A DNA stretch of 64,000 nucleotides from Psilocybe cubensis. Lineage: Eukaryota. Positions 25,497-38,432 of the stretch are shown here, one piece after another (the first letter of the stretch is position 1; each line of letters starts with the position of its first letter). The notes under the pieces are model-generated. The model worked only from the letters and a program-made list of their open reading frames with translations, made no database searches and had not been told where the DNA came from. Made by a program: the position numbers and the translations under genes. The DNA is taken from the NCBI GenBank assembly GCA_017499595.2, contig CM038998.1, positions 1,798,001 to 1,862,000 of the forward strand. Reading direction: 5' to 3'.

Positions 25497-25697
25497 TTGT
25501 ATGCACCTCTAATACTTCATCGGCATGCGTACCTATTTTTTAGTCGCATTTTTAAAGGCATACATATCACGTTTACGAAATAATGCATCTCACTTAGTTA
25601 CTGTCTCCGTTGTGAATCTGTATATTATGTATGTATGCGTTGGGTTATTGTACATAACATAGCATGTGGGTAACATTTTACTACACAACGAATTAAT

Positions 25698-28202
25698 CTA
25701 GGAATTTCCATTGGCAGCCGCTGCCAGTGCTTCAAGCTCCCGGATCTTGTCTTTGACAGACTTGGAGCGAGGTCTAGAAGTTGTAAGCTTGTCAATAGAG
25801 AAGGGACGGGGAAGTTTCGCTGTATTGGGATTGACTTGATGGTTCCGGGAATCGATCGTCGTAGGCTCCGCTGAGCCCTGCTGTACATGTTTTGTTGAGT
25901 CGTCGTTCTTATCACAGGCAGGCTGGATGTAAGCGTCAATTATGTCATTGACAGATATTACCCGAGAGCCATTTGACAATGGGGAGCCTGATTTCTTAAC
26001 GTGCCGTTTGGTAGACACTGATGATGAGACGACGGCATTGCCCTGGCTATTTGTATTATTCTGAACGCCTAGTACGATTAGGGGGTTGCCGGTAGATGAA
26101 GATGGGGTGGGAGGATTCTCTGAGACATCAAGAGCAATTCCGTGCAGAGAATCTTCAAGAGGCTTGCCAAAAAGTTGCTCCTCAATTGTCAAACCACCGT
26201 CGCGGCTTTGTTCGTTCAAATGTACAGCTTTGCATAAAGTTCTTTTACGACTCCGCATTTTTTCTTCTACACGTTCCGGGAAGCTAGATGGGTTTGGCAG
26301 CTCTTGAGTCTGAGTTGTTAGCCCAGACAATGTGTCTGCGCCAGCGGGAAGCGTTTCAACAGACATTGGAAGCCGTCCATTGGTTCCCTTGTTAAAATTG
26401 CCCTCCTGCAAAGAATAATACAGGTCCGCGAAGCGTGGCATATCTTCTCCGGAAATCTTGGTAGAGGATACGATACGGTCAACGACGTCTTCCGTATCGT
26501 CATTCTCTGAAAGATTTCCCAAACCGTCAGAGTTGCATTCGGAACCTTCATCAGCTATTGAATCTGATTCGGATATAGCGTCCGGATCTTCGGATGAGAC
26601 TTTTCTCCATTTTTCAGATGTAACAGGTTCAACACCTTGAACGGTCACAATTCGAGGAGGAGGGTCGATGGATAGGTAATTAATTATTTCCAAAGGAATT
26701 GAAACATTGACGTTTGTTGAAAGAAAGCTTCCAGGACTGATGATGGCTCGCAATGTGTACGATACTTCAAGAAGCTTCCCTCGAGGTATTGATAAAGCAC
26801 ATGCCTGCAAATTGTTTAGAATTTGACGACATCCATGGAAATGATTTCCATACAGGTAGAAGAATAGAATGGGAGAATGTCTGCGAGCTGCCAGCTGAAA
26901 CGCCCATCCACCAACCTTTTGCACTTGCATGGCCCCTGGTACCCCATTCTGCTATGTCTAGCGATGATTGGGCGACTTGCTTTTCAATTGATGTCGACTG
27001 GAGGAGATTTTTTGTGTTGGCCGTATGCTGGTCGTTCCCGTCCACTTTTTTGGCCCTGAAAGTTGTAATGGTTTGAAAGAGTCCGAGAGATAGATGTTTC
27101 AATGTTCTTGTCGAATTGTTAACTATATCAAACCTAACATGGCAAGGCTGACCAGCGACCCAGTGCAATCTGTGCAATGAGGCTGTTAGAATAACCTTAT
27201 TATTGCCTCCCAGTGTTGTATCGCCCGAAACAGTGACTTGTATTGGCCTCGAGGTCGGAGAAAGCACGATAGCCGGGTTCAAGCGAGGCCATACACTGCA
27301 ATCGCGATAAAAGTGCGCCATAGACATTTTACCAGAAGATAAGACTTTGATCCTGAACGATCTAAGCATCATATTCAAACCATGACACGAGGAAGAGAGA
27401 GAGGTTGTACAAACACCATTACGATGTACCGGACAGACGCACCAGACTGAAGATGCATAGACCCCTTTGGTCTACCAAGAGCTTGTGACGGGTCAAGCTC
27501 AATAACAAACGGCAAGACATAGGCACCTTCCACGGCTTTCACAAAACCTCCCGCATCAGGTTCTGAGGAATATAGCACGTCAAGTCCAGATGCCACATCA
27601 GAGACATTGGCGCAGAATTGGTAGAATGTAGACCTTTGTTCTTCCTTAGTCGTACTCTCAAAACCAACTACTCTAATTTTTCCACCAGATAGCAACAGAG
27701 GTTGTGATTTTTTCGAACCTTCCCTGATCTGAAGTTTGACCAGACCTTGGAGACAGCCACCTTCCACACAGACATCGTTCCCCAAAAAGATATTCACATC
27801 CACACGGGGGCGCCGTTTAGCTTTTTCCAAGGATACGCCTTTGTGTTGCCTGGGAGAATGGGGAAGTAGCTTAGCACCAGATCTTAGGCGAGACTTCGAG
27901 TTTCCAAGTACAGTCTCAATTTCTGCACCATTCCATGCTTTCTCATTTGAATGGATGGTTAAAGCAGTATGCGCACTTTGAGGACTTCCAGGTGACACAA
28001 AGGGAGTCCCGATAGCTTGCGGAAGAAGGGGCAGGTCGACTGCTTCGCGGGGAGGGGGGCGGTCAGAACTCAACTGGAGCCCTGCTGTTCCGGTCGGGCA
28101 ACTAGGCGTGATCTGATATCTCTTCGTCCCCTCCATTTCCGATTCTGAAGAGGTTGAATGCATACCAAGCTCAGAGGGAATACTAGACGACATCGAGGTC
28201 AT
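25698..28202 (-). CDS. Arrestin-fold protein, multi-exon
   Basis: RPRVDVNIFL..CVEGG.LQG, GKIRVVGFE, VRYIVM, LTASLHRLHWVAGQPC, ALSIPRGKLLEVSY, IINYLSIDPPP. Confidence 0.7.
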
Positions 28203-28355
28203 GATCAATGGGGGGGGGGTTGACTATTTGGGGTGATGGAGAAAAACATTACACAACAGTTGTACAACCTTGCACGGTGGCACGGTGCACCGCAACCGTC
28301 AACGCTTCACTTCGAATCGCAATTTCAAGTTCCGTTATCAAAGTTTTTGGGGACA

Positions 28356-29412
28356 ATGTCCAATAAAATCGTTCGAACATTGTCTCAGCCCTCTAATCGA
28401 ACCAACCAAAGGGACAACAAAGAGAAAAAAGTGGTATTCAAGGGCGTTTTAGATAACCCTTTCCGTATTCTCTGGTGAGTTGTTAATGTGGGTCTCTTTA
28501 GATTGTTGAACCCACATGAGCGTAGGCCTTCAATTCCTGTAAACTTACAAAATTCGATATTGGCATATATCACCGAGAAATTGGATGGTGCTGCAACTTA
28601 TCACTTCAATTGCTCATCAATCAATCGACGGCGCAAAAGGGCAACCAAAGTTTTGAACGAAACAGAAAAAAGAAAACGGACGAAGGTTGACGCAGGGTTG
28701 GGGAATGAAAGCTATTTACCCAGCACATCTCATTCCAATCATGACTCTAGTACAAACGCACCGAATACCCGACATTCTGCTGATACCATTAAATCAGATT
28801 TTTTAAACGCTCAGCAATCGCCACTTTTGTTGAAACATATGACCTACGGCATTAACGAAGTCACCAAAAAGCTCGAGACCCAAATACATAACTTTCACCT
28901 TTTGCAAGTTGTCGATGTCCCCGAACCTTCCCTTCCTCTAAAATATGTATTCGTCTGCCGCTCGGACGTCGATCCCCCTTTGCTGATTGACCATCTTCCT
29001 CACCTGGTGGCTGCGTATAATTCAAACTGCCTTCGGGATCCTATAAAGCTTGTCACCCTACCTCAAGGAGCCGAACTCTTGCTCGCACAAAATCTTGGCA
29101 TTAGAAGGGTTACCGTTATTGCCATCGATGTACGTGAACCTGAGGATGAAAATTCTGTTTAAACTAAATCTCTTCTCTGAACAGACCAACTATAACGACC
29201 AACACCTAGCATCAATGTTAGAGTCAGTTCCTACTCTGACAGCCTCTTGGCTTTCACAACCGAACGCTTCGACTTCATTAATTCCAACACACATAAAACA
29301 TGTGCGGACAACAGCACCAAGGGATATGAAGGCTGCAAAAGATTTAAGAGTTCAACAGAAACTGGATGCAAAAAAGAAGAAGCTCCAAAATGATGCCGGG
29401 GCGAGGGGATAA
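28356..29412 (+). CDS. POP3: RNase P/MRP subunit Pop3-like (L7Ae fold)
   Basis: VFKGVLDNPF, GINEVTKKLE, VFVCRSDVDPPLLIDHLP, LVTLPQGAE..LGIRRV; two introns. Confidence 0.7.
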
Positions 29413-29794
29413 TCTGTGCAGTGTCTTCAAAATGCTTCCATGCGCCAGACTTCGCAAATGATAAATTGCAGCTTTCCTGTACTAACCGAGGATCTGTGTT
29501 GAACTCATTTCCCGAGCAGGTTTCTCGCCAGAACGCATATCGTTCCTATGTTTAATTTTGCCTCGATCCTGCACTGAAAACATTGCAATGTGTGTAACAT
29601 GCAATAAGCGCTGGTAACAATCATACGTATGACAGTACGGGTACCTAATTCCTTTTTATGTTTTGTTTTTGTTTTTGCCTGAGGAATCACGACCCGTCAC
29701 AAATCATTAAGTACCACGTGATATACGTCACACCGTATCTTGGGTTATTTTCCTCAGCGGTCGTCCCAGTGGTGAATTGCCAACTATATCATCC

Positions 29795-31273
29795 ATGTTC
29801 ATAGCCATCGTGGGGACTCGTTTTTCTGGGAAGTCGAGTATCGAGAACTATCTTGTGTCTTCGCATGGGTTTACCTTAGTTCGAATCATTCAATCCGATT
29901 CCAATGTCGGTGGAACGGAGGAAAAATTTGAGGTGAAGAATCATAGCATCATGGATTCGATCCACATTTGTAATCCACATGCAGGTCATTGAATTGGCAT
30001 CCACCTCTTCAGAACACTCCAATGCTACTTCTCGTTACCGCATGAATACCAGTGATGTCGCTAAGCATCTCTCCTTTCTCTCCATGAGCCCACTACCATC
30101 CCCCGCCACTATACGTACGCAACAGCAGTTCACACAACAGCAAAGCCTATGTTTCTCTAGTCATACCGAACTGCTGGACTATGTCACTAAAAACTGGCGT
30201 AATGACTTCGTAACATCGGATCTACGGACAAGATCTCTAATTGAAACCTTCGTTCGGCGCCCATTTTTCCTACTCGTCAGTGTTGATGCACCTTTGCTTG
30301 AAAGGTTCCATCGTTCAAAAAGGTTCGCTGCAAGCTGTGTACATTACCGATTTGACGATAACTCAAACGAAACCTCGACAGCTTCGTAAACATCTCACTT
30401 GCGGACTTCATTGCAGAAGATGATCGCGTAGTCTTTGGATCTCGATATTTATCTTCTTCACAGGCCGAATCACTGCAGAAACTAAATGATCTCGTAAATA
30501 TCCAAATCGTCAATTCATTTTCATCACTTTCAGGTCTTCACTCATACCTTGACAACCTTGATCTACTTCACCCAGAGCATCTTCGACCTAGTTGGGATGC
30601 CTATTTTATGGTGAGACCTACTCCAGGTTACTCGTGTATTACGGCCATTGACGATGCTGTCAGACTCTTGCGTCTCTTGCATCTCGCCGTTCCAATTGTA
30701 TGAAACGTCGTGTTGGTGCCCTGTTAGTACGTGAGAATCGTGTTCTTGCAACAGGGTACAACGGCACAGCAAGAGGACTGTTGAATTGCAACGAAGGGGG
30801 ATGTGCGCATTGCAATGGAACCAATGACACGAACGGGAAATGTCAGGAATGTCTGTGTTTACATGCAGAAGAAAATGCATTGCTTGAAGCAGGCCGTGAA
30901 AGGATTGGTCAAGATTGCGTCCTCTATTGTAACACGTAAGTTCCATTTTCTTACGAACTGAAATGCCTTATTAGACCATTACAATAGGTGTCCATGTCTC
31001 AAATGCACTGTCAAAATCATTCAAACGGGGGTCAAGACTGTTGTATACAACCTAACGTACAAAGTGTAAGTGATCTTTTCAATATCGAATTCCTGATACT
31101 GTCTCACAATATCTAACAGGGATGATGCATCTGCCGCTCTGTTCAAAGAGGCTGGCGTTCAACTGCGCAGATACGACCCTAATACTCGGTTTCGCTTGCC
31201 TCCAGCGGAGGATGAAGGATTAATTTCATTGACTTCTGAACCGGAATCTGACCATGATACCATTGTGCTATAG
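29795..31273 (+). CDS. DCD1: dCMP deaminase with N-terminal P-loop-like domain
   Basis: RPSWDAYFM, RRSNCMKRRVGA, TGYNG, CLHAEENA, CPCLKC zinc motifs; multi-exon. Confidence 0.95.
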
Positions 31274-31299
31274 CTATCAACATTTACACGGGACTTAAT

Positions 31300-34200
31300 T
31301 TAATTTAAAGATTTAAAAACTACATCAGCATTGTGTTTGATATCCCAAACCCCTTTCATAAATTCTACAACTGGTTCAGCTGGACATATTGTTGAAGAGA
31401 GGGCCAGCCAAACAGAATCCGGATTAGATTTCCCTGCCTGTACGTAAAGAGCAACAGCGCATTGTTGCAATTCTTCTTGCGCGGTTGTGCTCAAGAATCT
31501 GCGGAATGCCATGATAACCTCCCAGAAAGATGTCTCGTGTTCGTGTACGCCTTGAAGAGCGAGAGTCATTGTCTTGATAAAAGAACGATACAGGCGATGG
31601 GAATGAGTGTATGCGGACTCCGTGCCAACACCTGCTCTATCGTTTCGCGCGAGGGCGCTCGTAGATTCTCCTTTTTCGAGATTTGATAACATCAACTTGA
31701 ACTTTGGCCAGACATCGTCCCACACTCTCCTAAACATGAACTCCCCCATTTCTTTGGACAACGCTTCAACCAGACCCGCAGCAGAGCTGACCACAAATGT
31801 TTCAGAATCTGCCAATCGATTTAGGATAAATGGCCATGCGGAATGAATGGATGGAAGGAGTGCCGATTCTGGCAAGACGGGAACAGATAGAGTCAGCAGC
31901 ACCATAATCTTGCCTCGTATGACAGGGGATTCATGAGTCAGGAAATATAGAGACCTAGTAATGATCTGTTTTGTCAGTGCTTGAACTGGCGTCGGCGGAG
32001 GCTCGTCTGATGAAGATTGGAAATTCGAAAGCCCTGAACCTTCTTGGTATTCCGCTCCGTCTTCCTGTCCATCGTCGTCTTTCCCGCCCCAAGCTTCCTT
32101 CGGAGCAGGGCCGTAGTATGTATCATCTTCTGGAGGGACTTCGTATCTCTTCGGAAGGAATTCAAGGAGATCATCTAGAGAAACTCTCTGCGGTCCACGA
32201 TTTTCGTTCGAGACATCAGCAGATGTATTATTCAATAATGTTTTGTTCGCTCTTGCTTCGACTTCAATGACCTTGATCACTTCCATCAACACTTCGACGA
32301 GACCGTCCACAATTACACCATAACCATGATATTCATCCAGGCGGTCAAAACATTCTTCGACAACATCACCAGCCTTTTCGACGACGTCCGCCCCAACGAA
32401 CCGAATCATGATTCCGAGAACCTTGGTCGCATCAATGTCCAGCCATCTCGGGGTCAGTCGTCGAGACACAGAATCCAAGACATAATCGAAGTTTGACAGT
32501 AACAGGTTGGCAGGTGATGCGTAAGAGGTAGCAATAGTGATGTAGTTCAAGGCAGCAAGGGCGGTCGATGAAAGGAATGACACTGGAGATACCAGAGAAT
32601 GAAGGATAGGATATAAAACGTGGATGAAAAGGGGAGTGAATCGAGCTTGTGAGATTCCCGCTGCGACAGCTAGCAGCTGCAATGCAAGTGCGCGGTGGAC
32701 GATTGGTTGATGTTTAACATTTACTTTTTTGGGCCCTGGAGGTTTGATAATCTTCAGGGTTTCGTGGAGGGGATTCAGGCCGATTTGATGCTGAACCAAG
32801 AAAGAACTCTCTTCTTCAGTGTTTGGGAGAGAAGTGTCGCCTGCGATGTCGTACGATGTGTCCCATATCTCAGCAATACTTTTTGCTAGACTTCTGACTT
32901 GTTTATCCAATCTTTTACTGGCAAGACTGTTGGGTAGTGCAGAAACTTGACCGCTGTAAAGTGAGACATACCCGATACCCTCTAGGAGCCTACAAGCGCA
33001 CCATAGAGCAGCAACAGATGTAATACTAGTTCCACTCAATCCCACACTAATAAACCACTCAACGGCAAACAATCCTGCGTCCCCGCCTGCGGCACCTAAT
33101 GCATGGAAAGTATCATTCAAAGCATTGCGCGTTTCATGAGCCGAGATGTTCTTGAATACCACGTCGGGAAAATTGACCCATTGAAGCGCAGAGGGGTCAT
33201 TTTCTAAAGTAAGCTGTGCTCCAGATGTGTTTGTCACCGTGATTGGAGGTTCTATTATTTCCAAAACAGATAACAGACTCCAGCCCCATTTTTCAACTCC
33301 ACCTGTGGGTCCTAAAAGTTGCCCAATCCCTTTAGCAATAACGGGAAGCGATGCATCAGAAACGGGATCGAACGCAAGGCTACAAACTGCCGTTATCAGA
33401 CCGGCAGCATGCCTAACTCGAGAGTCGATTTGCGTGGACAGAAGTCGGGGAAGGGCAGACAAGTTATCACCAAGAGTGGTCAAAATTGCATGCTGCAGAG
33501 GAGTTTGTGCATCAGATGGCATTGATAAAAGGGTCATCAACTGTCCTCTAGCTTCAGAAGAAACAGATGTGTATTCCGAGATGGACAACGCCAGTAGAAA
33601 TGAAAGCAAAAGAGGTCGAGTCTGAGGTAGCGTCAGTGATGTCGATTGTATAATACTTGAAGAAAATCTCGCAAGGCCGAGCAGGGCGGTGGGAGTTGGA
33701 TGTGAAATAAGGGGTGATAGGGTATTGATGGCAATATGAAGTTGTGTAGATGTGCCGCGTAGCCATGATTCGCTTCTCTGAGTAAAATACGTCGTTTCAT
33801 TGGTAGATTCAAATGTCGTAGACGGTGTATTTAAGAGGTCGGTAAGGTCGTGAACACGGCAAATAGCTCCATCTCTTATACAGACATCGTTTCCGATAGC
33901 TTTTGTGATAATGACACGCATAACCTGAAGGCCTTGGAGAACAATATCGCCATTCGCCCAACCTTTTTTCCCTTGAGGTATACCCAGGCAAATTTTGGTC
34001 ATAGCGCTCACAGTACCTGGTAGCACTGAAGGTAGGAGAGCATCTGGTAAATAGAGGTCGATGATGAGAGCAGTGGTTTCAAGCGACGCGATTTGTAGAG
34101 AAATGTTCGAAGACATCGCTGTCACTATGAGAGAGTCCAGTGTCTGCCCAACTACAGGGGTGAATTTCGGATTTTGCGTGTGCGCTTGAAACAAAGCCAA

Positions 34201-34756
34201 ACGTTCATCTGGAACATTGGGTAAAATTCCTCGCTTCGCCGCTTCTTCACCATCGCGTGGGCGTATTAAAGAACAAATACATCGTGTTGCTGCGTCTTTG
34301 GTCTCATCGTCGCGCTTCTGACTTTTATTAGTATCTGACTTCATGTCCAATTCTCCCACAACAGCACCGCATAACATAAAAATTTGCTCCCAAATTTTAA
34401 TATCGCATGTCCACCACCAGCTATCAACCAGGAGCTTCAGAGCAATCAGAATTTTTTCCAGGATTTGATTTGGTATATCAGCGGAGGCGTTTCGTTGAAG
34501 AAGAGTTGTCAATGGGAGAAAGACATAAGAGATGAGATTTGTTGTGAGCTTTTCGGGTGGGATCTCACCCAATATCTGAATGATTTGCGATAAACGGGCA
34601 GATGTTTCTGCATGTGATGCAGGTGTTAAACGTGACGCGCCCAAGAGAGGGACGCAAAAGGCCTTGAGCTAAGGAGATGTTCTAGTTCATTCACAGAATA
34701 GGTCCGAAACTAAATACCCTTTTGAAATATGCGTTGATGTTAAATTCTTCGCTCAT
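31300..34756 (-). CDS. TTI1: TEL2-interacting protein 1 (HEAT repeats, TTT complex)
   Basis: 1114-aa ORF plus short first exon MSEEFNINAYFKR; YVFLPL, LPGTVS, LLLSNFDYVLDSVS, LLPSIHSAWP, FMFRRVWDDVWP. Confidence 0.85.
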
Positions 34757-35484
34757 AGTTGCGGCAGTAAAATACAGATGAGAACTGTTCAGCTAATTTT
34801 AACTGTGAGTGATGAATTTGACGATCAGTATGTGGAATATGACGCTTACGCGGTGAGTCGTTTTGAATTTTAATATTTAAAGAATATAAGCATGTTTGTT
34901 AGAAGTTACTCCGGCTGTTCATGCATATCTCATATGGGGAGTGTTATTCCCAATGAAAGAATCAAGGTCAAATAGGTGTGGACACCAAAAAGCGCAATAG
35001 TGATGATGGACAAAGCAGGGTAATCTCTCGTGATGTTCTCGAAACGCGTCGACAGTCTGACCTTGGTTGTGATCAATGACGCTTTCACGTGACATAGATC
35101 AGGGTCTCGTGACTCTGGTTATGATTAGATAGCTGTCAATTTTCATCACGGTCAAATCCAAGTCAAAGGCTAGTAGAAAACAATGTCGAAACACATCCCA
35201 CCAATCGCTCCAGGATTCAAAGTATAATGAAGATCCGCATGCTTGGATTATCTGTATGGAGACATCTACCCGATGCTTCCCGTGAGATCCATCCGGATAT
35301 GTTTTAGGAAAACCTCAAAAACTTTCTCTTCCCGTTTTGTTCCCGATCGTATCCTCCATTTATCATTTCTGTATTCAATATTTCGTTATAAAGTTATTGT
35401 TCACTCATATTGCAGGATAATCTCGTTGGTCTATTGTATTTGCATCAACCCTGAGAGGACATTGTCACCGTTCGACCCGATGAG

Positions 35485-38432
35485 ATGACCATCCAACATC
35501 CTCGGCTTCTTCTCGTAGACTCATACGACTCCTTTACACACAAGTGAGCATGTTTTTATTCTTTAAAAATTTCTGATTCTTATCTTATATAGCCTTGCTG
35601 CTCTTTTCCGTCAAGCTATCCCCAATGTTTCTATAACCATTATCAAGAACGATAACTATCGACTTGACGAATTGCGACCATACCTTCCTTACTTCTCATT
35701 CATCGTTATAGGCCCTGGACCCGGATCTCCTGACAATGCGGAAGATATAGGAGTGGTCCGAGATCTTTGGTCTTTAAAAGATCAAGATATACTACCCATC
35801 TTTGGTGTTTGTTTGGGTCTTCAAAGTTTGTCTATCGCACATGGAGCACGCCTCAAGAGGCTGAATGTCGTCAAGCATGGTTTGACATCGTTGATAGAAC
35901 ACAAGTCAACAGATTTATTCAGCAACGTCGGTTCTGTAAAGGCTGTCCGATACCACTCGCTTCATGTAGATCTGGAGGAAGGAGGAGATATAGAAGAACT
36001 TGCTTGGACACATGATGAAGGAAATGGCAAAGTCGTTATGGCAGTCCGGCATAAACATCGGCCATTTTGGGCAGTTCAATATCACCCTGAATCTGTATGT
36101 ACAGATGGAGGTGGCGTAGAGGTGATCCGTAACTTTTGGAAGTTAGCGCAATTTTGGTCCAACGACCAAGGACGGGGCATCATCCCCGGGAACCATAAAT
36201 TGAGCGAATTTGGCACACCTTGGCCCTATTTATCCCCCCCATCGTCATTAACAACTCCAGTTTCATCCTCAAGTGTTTTGACATTGTCGTTAGAGCGCAA
36301 CGACCTCGGCATTGTCGATATCTGCGAATGTTTTGGAGCATCAGACGAAACAAGCAATTTTGCACTCCTTGAATCGGCATCGAACCCTGGTCGATATTCC
36401 ATCCTGGGGTGCCTTTCTACGTCAACGCTTCAGATAAAATATCGCGTCGGAGAATCCTTTCTATCCCTCACCAAGAACGGGGGCACAACTCGGGAAAATC
36501 TTGGTGAACTCGATATTTGGGCATGGCTCTCCAACTTCATGCAAACGAAAAGTTATCGCGGAGATCCTTGCGTACCGTTCTGGGGTGGTTTTGTCGGCTA
36601 CCTGAGTTATGAACTCGGTTTGCAGACACTTCATGTTCCTTTGCGAAGAGATACCGATACACCCTGCACGAATAAACATCCTGATGTCAATTTAGTGTTC
36701 GTTGAACGCAGTATTGTCATTGACTCTCACACGTCTCGCATATTCGTTCAATCTATTGCTCCTGACGACGATCTTTGGGTAAGCGAAACATTTGCGAAGC
36801 TTGAGTACCTTCCACCATCTTCATCATCTGCAATCTCTCCCCACCCAGTCACGAATGCCTATGTTATGCTCCCAGATAAATTTCACTATATCTCCAAAAT
36901 TAAACAGGCCAAAGAACATCTCTTTGCAGGTGATTCATATGAGCTATGTGTCACTGCTCCAACACGTATCTCAGCACCCCCTCTCACTTCAAAACCTTCA
37001 AAATCAAGTTCATGGGAACGATACAAATGCCTACGGAGATCAAACCCAGCTCCACATTCAGCTTACTTACGTTTGCACCCGTCCACCCTGTTGTCTTCAT
37101 CTCCGGAACGATTTCTATCGTATTCTCGTTCACCTGGGTCGACTTGCCAATTACGCCCAATAAAGGGCACAATTCGCAAAGGACCCAATGTCACTCGAGC
37201 TGTTGCAGAGCGTGAATTAGTTGGAAACCCTAAAGAGGTCGCCGAAAATCTGATGATTGTGGATCTTATTCGACACGATCTTCACGGAGTTATTGGTGAA
37301 GACGTCCTCGTCAAGCAATTTTGCTCCTTGGAAGAATATGAAACTGTGTGGCAACTTGTTAGCGTCATTGAAGGGAAACTAGATGACAATTTTCAATCTT
37401 CACGCCCAACGAAAGACATATTGGGTTGGAGGGTTCTGAAAGAAAGTCTTCCTCCTGGTTCGTACTACACCCGCTCTGTGCTATTTGTGTTTTCAATCAT
37501 CTGTGTCTCTAGGTAGCATGACAGGGGCGCCTAAAAAGCGTAGCGTCGAGATTCTGCAAAACTTAGAAGGCGAAGAACGTGGTATTTATTCTGGTGTGTT
37601 TGGATACTGGTGTGTTGGTGGTAAGATTGGGCTCATCAGGAACCAGCACCCCCTTAGGTAAGCAAAAGTTGGCTTACCTCCGAACCTTTTCAACCCTTCT
37701 GCACTCACACTATTCTACATTTTTGAACCACAGATATGTAGGTTATGCTTCTTTGAACACATCTGTGGTTTTTTTTTTCAAAAAAATTTTGATCTCAAGA
37801 AGTTATAAAGATTTTAATTTTTTTTCCTTTTTTTTTAGTCTAACACGTCAGAAATGGTGTTTTCTCGAGTTTGGGAGATTTTCGAAAATTTGACAATGTT
37901 CTTTTGGCCGCTTATATAATGGTACACGTGACCACACGTGACAATAAGTCACGCCTAAGTAATACCTCTCAGACTCATTATGGACTTCCAGAGACTACAA
38001 TTTGACCTCTGAGGTGTAATTCTATTATTGTGGGCATAAAGGCTAGTAGTAAGGATTGTATATGCACATTTATGAATTTTTTTTTTTTTAAACTTTTTGT
38101 CTGAAACCATTTTCCGTCAACATAACTTTTGATTTTTTTTTTCGAGCTGGATTTTGGCCGCTCTTGGCGCCAAGCCCATTGATTACGTAAGGGTGCTGGT
38201 TTCTGATGAGCCCAATCTTAGTGGCGACTGGTCGGTAACCATCCGTAGTTGCTTCAAGTTTGATGAAGAAGGGACATTGGCTGATCCGGAAGATTTGTTT
38301 CATAGACGTGAAGAATGGACTGTAGGTGCAGGTGGTGCCATCACTGCCCTTTCTGATCCAGAAAATGAATGGGATGAGATGGTTACCAAACTGCAGAGCG
38401 TACTGCGGTCATTCGGTGTCCAGGCTTGCTGA
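35485..38432 (+). CDS. ABZ1: Bifunctional aminodeoxychorismate (PABA) synthase PabA-PabB, interrupted by a MITE at 37624-38218
   Basis: LLVDSYDSFTHN, GPGPG, GVCLG, VRYHSL, QYHPES (GATase); SSSPERF, RPIKGT, KEVAENLMIVDLIRHDL, PPGSMTGAPK, RGIYSG..GYW, then after the element GDWSVTIR..GAGGAITALSDPENEWDEM; introns 35544-35592 and 37458-37512. Known as pab1 in mushrooms. Confidence 0.95.
37624..38218. mobile_element. MITE copy 2 (595 bp) inserted in the ABZ1/pab1 coding exon
   Basis: Same TIRs; TA at 37622-37623 and 38219-38220; removing the element plus one TA restores in-frame GGT GGT AGT GGC GAC TGG (GGSGDW). Confidence 0.97.

Noticed and set aside
37621-38221. Whole element spliced cleanly using the junction donor G|GTAAGA at 37621
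   Set aside because: This removes 4 host nucleotides (GTAG) and shifts the frame; only the internal donor at 37658 restores the frame. It may still compete in vivo.
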